Assembly: GCA_047150005.1 (NCBI GenBank)
Contig: AP038806.1
Span: 1,152,001 to 1,216,000, forward strand
Source of the DNA: Nitrospira sp.
GTDB taxonomy: Bacteria; Nitrospirota; Nitrospiria; Nitrospirales; Nitrospiraceae
DNA: 64,000 nucleotides
Reading direction: 5' to 3'
Shown here: positions 29,621 through 39,220 of the stretch, in pieces
Numbering within the stretch: position 1 is the stretch's first letter
Layout: each line of letters opens with the position of its first letter
Notes under the pieces: model-generated
Told to the model about the DNA's origin: nothing
The model's input: only the letters and a program-made list of their open reading frames with translations
The model's database searches: none
Made by a program: the position numbers and the translations under genes

Positions 29621-30247
29621 TTAGAGATTTTTTCTCACTCGAACAACCTTCCCCCACACAACGTCCGGTTCCGCCAAGGGAATGTCTTCATATTCCCAAT
29701 TGAGCGGATGAAGTATTCGTTGACCATCAACGGCTTTCACTTGTCGAAGTACAGTCGATGCCGTGCCATCATCACGGCGAGTCACGACGATATGATCTCG
29801 GGATGTCCACTTCGCGTCGGGGTTTACGAAGATCATTTCTCCCTTGCGAAAGAGCGGCTCCATCGAGTCGTCTGGTACTTTCAAGGCGAAGGTCCGGCTG
29901 CCTGACACGTCAGTGGCTTCGACCACGGCTTCGGCGTGCATGAGAGCGGGAACGCCGCTCCCGTTCGTTATCTGTCCCATCTGCTGCCAACTCATGAGTG
30001 GGATGTTTCGAATGCGACCGGCAGCGGAATGAGACGTCCGATACGTCGATTCGCCGCTCCGCAGGAAATCGACATCCATTCGAAAGTACCTCCCAAACTT
30101 TTGCCAGATGGTGCGGACCTTCGGATCCTTGCCTCTAAGGATGCCCATGATGGTACCCAGAGAGACTCCGACAGCCGACGCGACTTCCTCTTCTGTCATC
30201 CCTTCACATAGCTCTCGATGAAGCAAGCTTTTGAGACTCATCGTCAT
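29621..30247 (-). CDS. XRE-HTH / S24-domain transcriptional regulator (paralog 1)
   Basis: HTH EEEVASAVGVSLGTI; S24 FALKVPDDSMEPLF..GEMIFVNP; WGKVV. Confidence 0.88.
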   Translation of the reverse strand: MTMSLKSLLHRELCEGMTEEEVASAVGVSLGTIMGILRGKDPKVRTIWQKFGRYFRMDVDFLRSGESTYRTSHSAAGRIRNIPLMSWQQMGQITNGSGVPALMHAEAVVEATDVSGSRTFALKVPDDSMEPLFRKGEMIFVNPDAKWTSRDHIVVTRRDDGTASTVLRQVKAVDGQRILHPLNWEYEDIPLAEPDVVWGKVVRVRKNL

Positions 30248-30315
30248 CTCGCTCCCAACGCCGGTTGTTCATGCGCTTCGTTTCCCGCCGAGACCTTGAT
30301 CACTCATGTAAGAAG

Positions 30316-30368
30316 ACTCTAGCGTTCCCGCATGAATGTTTCCTGAAGCGAAGGTGAAGATTTTTTCA
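30316..30368 (-). promoter_or_regulatory. Putative response-regulator-activated promoter for the XRE-S24/CBS operon
   Basis: Minus strand TGAAAAAATCTTCA-N7-TTCA-N7-TTCA-N11-TAGAGT. Confidence 0.65.
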
Positions 30369-30494
30369 TCTACCTGTGCAGGAGTGGAAACATTGTCCCC
30401 GACGCATCACGCAGTTGCATCGCTCTATCGAGACCTGATTAGATGGACTCGGCCAAAAAGAACCCGTGACCGACCGTTTTTCTTGAGGTAGCGG

Positions 30495-31172
30495 ATGCGA
30501 ATTCTGGTGATCGAGGACGACGCGGATCTTGCTCAGTTCATCTCAAAAGGGTTGAAGGAAGAGCGTTATGCTGTGGATGTCGCGCCCGATGGGGAAGAAG
30601 GGTTAGCCCTCGCCCTGGCGAATCCTTATGACCTGCTGATCGTCGATATCATGCTGCCCAAGCTCGATGGTCTTACGGTCTGTCGGCGGCTGCGCACCGC
30701 CGGAAATCGGGTTCCTGTGTTACTGATGACGGCGCGCAACACCGTGGAAGACAAAGTATCGGGCTTCGACATGGGGGCGGACCAATTTCTGACAAAGCCG
30801 TTTGCGTTCCCCGAACTGCTCGCCCGGATTCGCGCGTTGCTGCGCCGGGGATATCCGCAATTAGAGCTGACTCATCTGAAGGTCGCCGATCTGAACCTGG
30901 ATCTGGTCTCCCGCCGCGTTTGGCGCGCAGGGAAGGAAATCGTGCTGACGAACAAGGAGTTTGCGCTGTTGGAGTATCTGCTTCGGAACCGCAACCGGGT
31001 CCTGACTCGAACGTCCATCATTGATCATGTGTGGGGTCTCACGCACGACCCCATGACGAACATCGTGGACGTACACATCCGGGCGTTGAGGGCAAAGATC
31101 GATCGCCATTCCTCTCCTTCGTTGATCACGACCGTCCGTGGCGTGGGATACATGTTGGAGGAACCGGAATGA
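30495..31172 (+). CDS. OmpR/PhoB-family response regulator (CusR/CzcR-like)
   Basis: IEDD, VDIMLP, KPF, LTNKEFALL, TVRGVGY. Confidence 0.95.
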   Translation: MRILVIEDDADLAQFISKGLKEERYAVDVAPDGEEGLALALANPYDLLIVDIMLPKLDGLTVCRRLRTAGNRVPVLLMTARNTVEDKVSGFDMGADQFLTKPFAFPELLARIRALLRRGYPQLELTHLKVADLNLDLVSRRVWRAGKEIVLTNKEFALLEYLLRNRNRVLTRTSIIDHVWGLTHDPMTNIVDVHIRALRAKIDRHSSPSLITTVRGVGYMLEEPE

Positions 31173-32617
31173 AATCATTTCGGGTGCAGGTCCGCTCCTC
31201 CCTTCTCCTGCTCATTACGGTGGTGCTGCTCGTCTCCAACCTTGTGATCTATCTGGGACTTCAAGCGCTGCTGCAAAAGTACGTCGATGGTCGATTGCTG
31301 GGATTGGGTCAGACGTTGGGCACACTGATCGAAGAGCAGCCTGAGTTGCTGTTGAAATCAGAAAGCGCATTGGTCTCGACGCCGAGTGACCGATTAGACG
31401 ACGAGCGAAATCAAGAGCTACCTGAGGTTTCTCATTCGATTCGAGTGCTCGACCTCGATGGAACAATACGATGGAAAGCCGCAGGCGCCATGGCAGGCCC
31501 GTCAGTGCCCAGAGAAGTGCTTGAGCAGGGCAAGGCGGGTCACATTGCCTATGAATCGATCACAACGTCCACCGGGACGAGCGTGCGCCGAATCCTCGTG
31601 CCTGTGAGAGAGCACGGCGATGTGCGCTATCTATTGCAAGCCGAAGCCTCATTGGCACTGGCCGACCGGACGCTGAAGGGCTTGTTGGGCCTCTTGGTTG
31701 CGAGTTCGATGGCCATGATCGTCGTGGCGTGGTTCGGCAGTGATTGGTTGGCGCGGAACATGTTGGGGACCATTGAGGCGTTGAGCCGCACGGCAGGACG
31801 AGTCTCGGAGTCCTCGTTTCACGATCGGCTCAAGCTGGATGCGCCCTACAGTGAGTTCCAGCAGTTGGCGTATGCGTTCAATTCGATGTTGGATCGACTG
31901 CAGAAGGCGTACGAGACCGAGCGCCATTTTGTCGACTATGCCGCCCACGAGATGCAGACCCCGCTCACGATCCTCCGCGGCAATTTGGAGCTGGCCCTGC
32001 AAAAAGGTCGAAGCGCTGAAGACTATCGTGAAGTTCTCGTGTCGAATCTGAACCAAGTCGAACGGTTGATCAGGTTGACGAAGGCCTTGCTGACTCTGGC
32101 GCGGTTTACCAGCGGACGCCCTCCCATGCATGTGGGGCCTGTCAAACTCGAGCCTCTCCTGCGTGAGTTGGTAGAGGATTTGTCTCTCCTCGCCGCGGAC
32201 CGCGACATTCGCTTGGCACTGGAAGCCGAGTCGGCTCCGTTAGTCCTCGGGGACGAACTCGGGCTTAAGCAACTCATGATCAACCTCCTCGACAATGCGC
32301 TTCGCCATACCGATTCAGGAGGGCTTGTCACCGTGCGCTTGGAGTCATCGGGCAATGACGTCACGGTCAGCGTTCAGGACAACGGCCATGGTATTGATCC
32401 GAAACATCTTCCCCATCTCTTTGACCGATTTTATCGAGCTGCGAGCGGGACCGCGAGAAATTCAGAAGGCACCGGTCTTGGCCTTCCAATCGCCAAAGAA
32501 ATCGTCACCGCTCATCACGGAACGATTACAGTAGACAGTGAGCTTGGCAAAGGATCAACTTTTACAGTTACCCTGCACCGGATGAAGCTACTCAATCCCC
32601 AACCCAGGAAGCATTGA
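31169..32617 (+). CDS. Sensor histidine kinase with HAMP domain (CusS/CzcS-like)
   Basis: Two TM segments, AAHEMQTPL H-box, NLLDNA, DNGHGI, GTGLGL; ATGA overlap with the response regulator. Confidence 0.95.
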   Translation: MKSFRVQVRSSLLLLITVVLLVSNLVIYLGLQALLQKYVDGRLLGLGQTLGTLIEEQPELLLKSESALVSTPSDRLDDERNQELPEVSHSIRVLDLDGTIRWKAAGAMAGPSVPREVLEQGKAGHIAYESITTSTGTSVRRILVPVREHGDVRYLLQAEASLALADRTLKGLLGLLVASSMAMIVVAWFGSDWLARNMLGTIEALSRTAGRVSESSFHDRLKLDAPYSEFQQLAYAFNSMLDRLQKAYETERHFVDYAAHEMQTPLTILRGNLELALQKGRSAEDYREVLVSNLNQVERLIRLTKALLTLARFTSGRPPMHVGPVKLEPLLRELVEDLSLLAADRDIRLALEAESAPLVLGDELGLKQLMINLLDNALRHTDSGGLVTVRLESSGNDVTVSVQDNGHGIDPKHLPHLFDRFYRAASGTARNSEGTGLGLPIAKEIVTAHHGTITVDSELGKGSTFTVTLHRMKLLNPQPRKH

Positions 32618-32752
32618 TCCGCGCATGCGGACGTCTGTGCCGTCTGTCCCCGCCGTATCGATTTCGCAATCTTCATTGAGCCTGTCATCCCACGTCACCG
32701 ATCCCCTCGCTTCGCACTAAGGCCGTGTTGTTTGCGAACATCGTCGTACTCA

Positions 32753-32777
32753 TGAAGAAATCTTCACGACCTGTTCG
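32753..32777 (+). promoter_or_regulatory. Partial copy of the regulon motif
   Basis: TGAAGAAATCTTCA-N7-TTCG. Confidence 0.5.
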
Positions 32778-32865
32778 CAACGGCGGAATGCTCCTGGTCG
32801 TCACGTGGGCTCTGAACTCCGTTCGGTAGGCGTTTCCGACAAACAAGACATGGGAAGAATAGTTA

Positions 32866-32918
32866 TGAAGAAGTCTTCATGATCAGTTCATGGACCGATC
32901 ATGTGGCGGGGCTACAGT
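32866..32918 (+). promoter_or_regulatory. Putative response-regulator-activated promoter for the nucleotidyltransferase/CBS operon
   Basis: TGAAGAAGTCTTCA-N7-TTCA-N7-ATCA-N11-TACAGT. Confidence 0.65.
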
Positions 32919-33160
32919 GAGAGAGGTCTAAAGTCTAACGCGCGAGGACGAAAGGCAAGGATTTATGGCAGGTGCGACGCAGAAGGCACAACCTTTCCTG
33001 CAGAACCACAATCGCCCGTCCGTCCAAAGCATGCGCGCAGGCACACGACACAAGTACCCTGTGAGCACGGCGGTGTCGGGTGAGGCCGCATAATCCACCC
33101 CGCGAGACAGAGAGAGCGAATCGTCACAGAACACCGTTTGAGGGCGATGAGGAGAAGAGA

Positions 33161-34114
33161 ATGGAACAAGGGAATAGACATGGAAACCTATGGTCGATTG
33201 TTCTGGCCGGCGGTGACGGGTTGCGAATGAAGGAGTTCATTAAACGCCGGCTGGGTTATGAAAAGCCAAAACAATACTGCGCATTCACCGGTAAGCGTTC
33301 GATGTTTCAGCACACCCTCGACCGCGCAGCCAAATTAACTCCATGGGAACGAGTGGTCGTGGTGGCAGCCAGACACCACCAAGACGAAGTTTGGTCTCAA
33401 CTCGATGGCCGACCGGCCGGCATGGTCTTGTTGCAACCGAAGAACATGGACACAGCGGCCGGTATTTTTCTACCGCTGACGTTCATCCTGGCGCGCGATC
33501 CGCAGGCGACGGCGATGATCTATCCATCTGATCATTTCATTCACCCGGAGGACCAGTTTGTGTCCGCCGTTGGCCATGCCGTGTGGGGAAGCATACGACT
33601 TGGCGGACGACCAGTTCTCCTTGCGGCGAAACCTGACAGTCTGGAGCTCGAGTATGGGTGGATCAAGCCGGGAAGGTTTTTGGGCTGGACGGGTAAGGCC
33701 TCTGTCCAGGCGGTCGACAGGTTCTATGAAAAGCCCGACGAGGCCACTGCTCGTGAAGCCAGGGAAAACGGCAGCCTGTGGAACACGATGATCCTTGCAG
33801 CAAAGGCAAGAGAGCTTTGGAGTTTGGGGTGGAAATGTTTCCCGGAGATGATGGAGCTTTTCGAACGGCTGAAAGAGGCGATCGACACCGCTGAAGAACT
33901 GCGGGTCCTAGACGCAATTTACGAAGCGATGCCGCGTCGGAACTTCTCCTCGCACCTGCTCCAATGCGTACCGAGTCACCTGTCCGTCATGGAGATGCGT
34001 GACATCCTGTGGAGTGATTGGGGCCACCCCAGGCGGATCGCGGACACGTTGGACAAGATCGGCAAGCAGCCGGCTTTTGCAGAGGAACACCTCCCCTTTC
34101 TCTATCAAGGGTAA
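33161..34114 (+). CDS. Mannose-1-phosphate guanylyltransferase-like nucleotidyltransferase (no isomerase domain)
   Basis: LAGGDGLR, PKQYC, YPSDH, EYGWI, FYEKP, WSDWG. Confidence 0.85.
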   Translation: MEQGNRHGNLWSIVLAGGDGLRMKEFIKRRLGYEKPKQYCAFTGKRSMFQHTLDRAAKLTPWERVVVVAARHHQDEVWSQLDGRPAGMVLLQPKNMDTAAGIFLPLTFILARDPQATAMIYPSDHFIHPEDQFVSAVGHAVWGSIRLGGRPVLLAAKPDSLELEYGWIKPGRFLGWTGKASVQAVDRFYEKPDEATAREARENGSLWNTMILAAKARELWSLGWKCFPEMMELFERLKEAIDTAEELRVLDAIYEAMPRRNFSSHLLQCVPSHLSVMEMRDILWSDWGHPRRIADTLDKIGKQPAFAEEHLPFLYQG

Positions 34115-34260
34115 GGAAAAAGCACGGCACTCGTCGAAATCTGCGACATCGTCAATGGGCCGATGAAAACAAGGTGACCGATGCGGCGATTCCACCCAGG
34201 TCAAGCGAGAGCCAATGAAAGAAAACACGCAAAAGTGAACACTGAATCGGGAGGGGAACC

Positions 34261-34692
34261 ATGAGCGCTGTCGGCGTACAAACTGGAGGATTGAAGACAA
34301 TCGGCGACATCGTCGCGACAAACACATTGACGTTTCGCGCACAACAGAATGGGCAAGTCATCGCAGAAGAGTTGTTATCGACCCATGCAGCGGGTGCTCC
34401 AGTCGTTGATGCCTGGGGCAAGTATATTGGCTTCATCAATGAGTTTGACGTCCTGAAGGCGCTCGAAGCGGGAAAGGAATTACACAACCTGCTGGCTGAA
34501 GACCTCATGCGACTGGGGCCCATTGCCGTGCATGAGTACACCACGATCGCCGATGCTGCGAAAAGAATGGAGGAACGGTGTGTGTTAAACCTTCCGGTCG
34601 AGAAGGATGGGAGGGTGGCGTATTCGGTGAGTCGCCATGATCTCCTACGGGCGTGGATTAGACATACTCCCGTCAGATTCCCGTCAGACTAG
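34261..34692 (+). CDS. CBS domain protein (paralog 2)
   Basis: Alignable by eye with 29158..29598 (GAPVVD, GFINEFD, LPVEKDG, RHDLLRA). Confidence 0.88.
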   Translation: MSAVGVQTGGLKTIGDIVATNTLTFRAQQNGQVIAEELLSTHAAGAPVVDAWGKYIGFINEFDVLKALEAGKELHNLLAEDLMRLGPIAVHEYTTIADAAKRMEERCVLNLPVEKDGRVAYSVSRHDLLRAWIRHTPVRFPSD

Positions 34693-34853
34693 AACCTATC
34701 TCAAAATTGAAAAACCGGCATCCTGAGAAATGCCGCACGTGCACGTCCAGGATGTGAACCGTGGTATTTCCAAGAAATTCCGCACATTGCTCATGCCGCA
34801 CACCGGTAGTGAGTAGCGGTTCCCTCCTCGATAAACGATTTCGAGATAGGTTC
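34692..34853. mobile_element. 162-bp MITE carrying the terminal inverted repeats of the IS5 at 24269
   Basis: TA|GAACCTATCTCAAAAT ... ATTTCGAGATAGGTTC|TA; no transposase. Confidence 0.88.
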
Positions 34854-35112
34854 TAGGGTTTCGGCCAGTAGCTGTATCGCACTGGATGCTGTAAATGCAT
34901 TGAGAAACCATGCTTGGCCAAACCCATGACCGTTACGACCCTCCCGTTGTGTTCTTCTAGGTTCCAATGAATCGTGCGCCGTCGCTCTGGGACGCCTAAG
35001 AAGCGATCAAAACGGCGATCTCAAAGGCGCTCGTCAATAAATGGCTTGACCGAGAAGAACCAGCTTGAATGAAGGATCTCAAAGGGATTTGTTCTGCCGG
35101 CAGGAGTACGTC

Positions 35113-36237
35113 ATGGGATTCTCATCGGACTTAACACTAACCTTGAAGAAATCGTCGAAATTACAAGAGCCTCAAAATGCAGTCGCCGCGCCCAACCGGA
35201 GCGCCAACGAGACGGTGTCCGACTTCATGCGCATGGAGAAGGGTGGGAAGAGACAAAAACAACCTGCGTCCATCGAAACACCCCAACCACTCATTAGCGT
35301 CGTCGTGCCGGTCTTCAATGAACAGGATAATGTCCCGCATTTGGTAGAACGACTCACCAACGCACTGGACAGCCTGGGCGACTCCTATGAGGTACTGTTT
35401 ATTGATGATGGCAGTAAAGATGGCACGTGGATCAGAATTGCAGGTGCCAACGCCCAATATCACCCTCATCTGCGTGGATTCCGGCTGGCACGCCGTTTTG
35501 GACATCAAGCTGCACTGCTGGCTGGATTGTCTCGCGCCCGGGGCCAAGCTGTTATTACCATGGATGGCGACCTGCAACACCCGCCCGAGCTCATTCCTGA
35601 ACTCGTCAAGGCTTGGAAGCAGGGTTCTACAGTAGTCGAGACACGCCGACACTACAATGGACAAACCGGTCGCTTCAAAAGATTATCCTCTGCACTGTTT
35701 TACCGGTTCTTTTCCTTCATGTCCGAAATTGATATGGAAGAAGGTCGCTCGGACTTCCGCCTCATTGATCGGCGTGCTCTGGATCACGTATTGGCTTTCC
35801 GGCAAAGCGATATCTTCTTGCGTGGCGTGGTCAGTTGGCTTGACTTCCCCTCCACCACAATCGAGTTCGAAGCCGCGAACCGTCTGCATGGAGACAGTAA
35901 GTACACGTTGCACAATATGCTGCGTTTTGCGCGTGACGGCATCGTGGCGTTTTCCACGAAGCCGCTAAGGGTCGGCATTGCACTGGGATTGGTAACCAGC
36001 GCGCTCGCTTTTGTGGCATTGTGCTATGTCATGGCGCACTATCTACTGGGGCACACCGTGCCAGGGTGGGCCTCCACGCTGGGTCTCCTCGTCTTTCTAT
36101 TCGGGGTACTATTCGTGATTCTTGGTGTCATCGGTGGATATGTGGGTCTCATATACACCATGCTGCAACACCGGCCGGCTTATGTCATCTATGATGAGAT
36201 CGATGCGCCTTGCTCGCAGTCCCGACACATAACATGA
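35113..36237 (+). CDS. Glycosyltransferase family 2, GtrB-like polyprenyl-phosphate glycosyltransferase (start uncertain)
   Basis: SVVVPVFNE, IDDGSKD, FGHQAA, MDGDLQHPP, SDFRLID; two C-terminal TM segments. Confidence 0.92.
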   Translation: MGFSSDLTLTLKKSSKLQEPQNAVAAPNRSANETVSDFMRMEKGGKRQKQPASIETPQPLISVVVPVFNEQDNVPHLVERLTNALDSLGDSYEVLFIDDGSKDGTWIRIAGANAQYHPHLRGFRLARRFGHQAALLAGLSRARGQAVITMDGDLQHPPELIPELVKAWKQGSTVVETRRHYNGQTGRFKRLSSALFYRFFSFMSEIDMEEGRSDFRLIDRRALDHVLAFRQSDIFLRGVVSWLDFPSTTIEFEAANRLHGDSKYTLHNMLRFARDGIVAFSTKPLRVGIALGLVTSALAFVALCYVMAHYLLGHTVPGWASTLGLLVFLFGVLFVILGVIGGYVGLIYTMLQHRPAYVIYDEIDAPCSQSRHIT

Positions 36238-36250
36238 TCCTAGTTGGATT

Positions 36251-36529
36251 GTGAATTTTCATTTCACCCGATATCTTCTTTCCACAAGCTTGTGTGCGAT
36301 CTCCGTAGTTCTAAGCTGCTTCGGCCTATATTTGATCAAATTGGCAGACGGTTGGACAACGCCCACATTTGTCGTCGGCGTCGCGTTCTATGGCGTGTGT
36401 GCGATTGCTTAGATGATAATCCTTCGCCTCATGCCGTCATCACATGCGTTTCCCGTGGCTGCGGACGCATTAGTGAGAGGAACGATGGTTGTTGGGGCGG
36501 TGTTCTTGAGGGAGGTTCTTCATGGCTAA
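36251..36529 (+). pseudogene. Small SMR/EamA-like (ArnE/F flippase-type) membrane protein with in-frame TAG
   Basis: ..FVVGVAFYGVCAIA*MIILRLMPSSHAFPVAA..VGAVFLRE; stop at 36410-36412 where Trp is expected. Confidence 0.6.
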
Positions 36530-37304
36530 CCTTGTCGAACAACAGAGAGAGCATTTTAACGGCATCTCTGAACAATATGTGTTGGCGAGAACGCACCCCA
36601 ATCATCTGTTGTTAAAAGATCTTATCTGGAGGGAGTTTATAGGACGGAACGCGTGCATTGCTTCTGAGGTGCATCATGTTTTGGAACCCATGTGCGGCAT
36701 GGCCGAAGGATACAGTATTCTCAATGCAAGTCTCACAACGCACTTCGATTACGTTGGCTTTGATTACAGCGAAACCATGGTGAATTTAGCGCGAAACCAC
36801 AAACCAGATTTGAATATTGAACGGCATGATGTGACCACGTATCAAGCCGGAGCTCATCGATTTGATCTGATTATCTTGGTCGGCGGGCTTCATCACGTTT
36901 ATTCTCGCGCACAAGAAGTTCTTATCAAGCTTAGGGATGCTCTGCGGCCGGGCGGCTTTTTTGTGAGCTTTGAACCAACGCATAACAACTGGTTTACCCG
37001 ACGTATACGGCAGCGCATCTATGAATCACACGATCTATTCGATGCGGACACAGAGCGCGGCTTTGAGTATCGCGATCTTGATCACTACTTCAAGAACGCC
37101 GGGTATGTGAAAGTTGACGAAGTATACCCAGGCCTTCTGGCCTACATACTCTATTACAATCCAGATGCATTTCCTGCCCTTAATGTTGGCGGAAAGTCCC
37201 TCGTGAAGGGGCTCTTTGCCCTCGACAGGTTATTTTGGAGTGGCTGGATCGGAAGACAACTCACGTTCGCCACAATGAGTATATGGAAGCGAAGCGATGA
37301 ATAA
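36522..37304 (+). CDS. Class I SAM-dependent methyltransferase
   Basis: VLEPMCGMAEG, GFDYS, GGLHHV, LRPGGFFVSFEP. Confidence 0.85.
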   Translation: MANLVEQQREHFNGISEQYVLARTHPNHLLLKDLIWREFIGRNACIASEVHHVLEPMCGMAEGYSILNASLTTHFDYVGFDYSETMVNLARNHKPDLNIERHDVTTYQAGAHRFDLIILVGGLHHVYSRAQEVLIKLRDALRPGGFFVSFEPTHNNWFTRRIRQRIYESHDLFDADTERGFEYRDLDHYFKNAGYVKVDEVYPGLLAYILYYNPDAFPALNVGGKSLVKGLFALDRLFWSGWIGRQLTFATMSIWKRSDE

Positions 37305-39156
37305 CGCGCCGCGGATTGTTTTAGACAATGAAATAATGAAGCGACGAACGGCTGATGGTCTTGCAGTGATCTTTTCGTTTTTCATCGCATTGTCTTTTGG
37401 CTTTTCTTACGGTAACGTTGCAAATCAGGTTTCGTATTACCCACATGCGCTGAATCACCTGTCCCCGGACTTCCTGGCCTACGATTGGCTAGTCCAGGAA
37501 ACAACCTCCTATCATGTCCGCTTTGAGTGGATCGTGTGGCTCACTCACGCGCTTGGCTCGGTACCGTGGTGGTCTGCCATCCTGAACCTGGTTTTGGTAA
37601 CCGCCAGCTTTTTTGTCATCTACCGTATCACGTCGGCATTTACCCAACAGTGGGCCTTACTCGCTTTCCTCATTGTCTTGTTGTTTGCGATGATAGATCG
37701 CACGCGAACGGTAGGAATGTCGTATTTATTCGAAGAGGGTTTACAGCCCTCAACGTTAGCGACGGTAGCTTGGCTTGCTTCCATACTTTGGTTTTTAATG
37801 GGACGAATTCAACTCTCGGGGATTGCCCTTGCGCTTGGAGGCCTATTCCACGCCAACTTTTTGATCCTCGGCATTGGACTATTCGGCTTGGCGCATCTGG
37901 CCCTTGGCCGCGACGCATTGTTACCTCGATTGGCTGGTCAGTTGATTCCAAGCCTTCTGATTCTGTCGTTCGACCTGCCGCTCATTTTGGCCTTGTCTAG
38001 TGGAGAGGGTTCAGCGGCAGCTCGCACCATTCTCCAACAAATCCGCGCGCCACACCACTACAGTCCAGAAACCTATGTGATGGAATTTTGGACATGGAGC
38101 GGATGGATGCTTGCCGGTATTGGTGCGACGCTAAGCATTGACCTTCGGTCGATACGGTTGCCAACATTGAGCCTGTTGGGCAGCATTGCCGCCAGCGTGA
38201 TCGGCGCCACGTTACTGGCCACACTCGTTTCTGTCCCCACGATCTCACAACTGTACGTCTGGCGCTTGGCACCATTCGGCGTAATTGTGAGTCAGGTGGT
38301 CACCGCAAGCCTTGCAGTGCGTGTCACCGGTGGCACTCTATCCCTATTTGATCGACAAAACCCTCTGCCGCATGCCATGGTCGCGCTCGGTAGCCTCTTT
38401 GTCTTGCGCGGGTACCTACACGACTCTCAGATAGTGTCCTATCCCATTATGACCATTCTGGGCATGAGTAGCCTGACCGTAGGCCTTGCCCTGCTAATGA
38501 GGTATAAACCATCTGCAGTTGGTATTTCGGTTTCGATCTTTGCGGTGGCCACGGTCGGGCTACTCGTTTCTCACTTGCCTAGTCGTGTCAGTGCTGCCTA
38601 CAGCAGATCCACTTTGTTGAGTCCGCAGGTATTAGGAAAGGAATATGATCTCTACCAATGGGCGCAGAGATCACCGTTAAATAGCAACTTCTTGATTCCG
38701 CCGGAATTGGAAGAGTTTCGGCTTTTTGGCGCTCGTGCAATCGTGGTCGACTGGAAGTCGACGCCCATCAAGCCGAGCGAATTAATTGCATGGCACAAAC
38801 GAGTGGAAGAAGTGGCAGGTCGAACAGTTCGAAACGAAGATGATGCTGTAAAGGGTTACCGCAACCAGTCGCTATCGCAGTTGAGAAAAGCAGCCCTCCA
38901 CTTTGGCTCCAATTACATTGTTATCGACCGCAAACACCACATTGCGAAAATCGGAGGTGAAGCTCCTCTTTTCGTCTCCGATCATTATGCCGTCTATCCG
39001 ACCACAGCTCGTTCGGCAGCTCTGAAGCATCTACCGCTCGCTCTTGACAGTGTCGTGATTCTCAGCGGGATCGTCGGCGAGCCAGCTCTTCGAGGAACTC
39101 TTTTAAGACCCTTGCCTGGTTGTGTTCCTGATCCGCCGCGCTGTACACGAGCGTAA
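37297..39156 (+). CDS. Polytopic membrane protein, probable GT-C-like glycosyltransferase
   Basis: Many TM segments, RAPHHY and RAIVVDWKSTP motifs; located in a GT2 cassette. Confidence 0.6.
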   Translation: MNNAPRIVLDNEIMKRRTADGLAVIFSFFIALSFGFSYGNVANQVSYYPHALNHLSPDFLAYDWLVQETTSYHVRFEWIVWLTHALGSVPWWSAILNLVLVTASFFVIYRITSAFTQQWALLAFLIVLLFAMIDRTRTVGMSYLFEEGLQPSTLATVAWLASILWFLMGRIQLSGIALALGGLFHANFLILGIGLFGLAHLALGRDALLPRLAGQLIPSLLILSFDLPLILALSSGEGSAAARTILQQIRAPHHYSPETYVMEFWTWSGWMLAGIGATLSIDLRSIRLPTLSLLGSIAASVIGATLLATLVSVPTISQLYVWRLAPFGVIVSQVVTASLAVRVTGGTLSLFDRQNPLPHAMVALGSLFVLRGYLHDSQIVSYPIMTILGMSSLTVGLALLMRYKPSAVGISVSIFAVATVGLLVSHLPSRVSAAYSRSTLLSPQVLGKEYDLYQWAQRSPLNSNFLIPPELEEFRLFGARAIVVDWKSTPIKPSELIAWHKRVEEVAGRTVRNEDDAVKGYRNQSLSQLRKAALHFGSNYIVIDRKHHIAKIGGEAPLFVSDHYAVYPTTARSAALKHLPLALDSVVILSGIVGEPALRGTLLRPLPGCVPDPPRCTRA

Positions 39157-39220
39157 TCCTTCGGAACGAGCTTGCCTGGCCAGGTCATGAAGCATCTCCT
39201 CTTCTCATCTCCGTATCTAT

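Noticed and set aside
36410..36412. Recoded TAG (pyrrolysine or read-through)
   Set aside because: No pyl genes in the window, other genes end in TAG normally, and a TGG-to-TAG nonsense change is the simpler explanation
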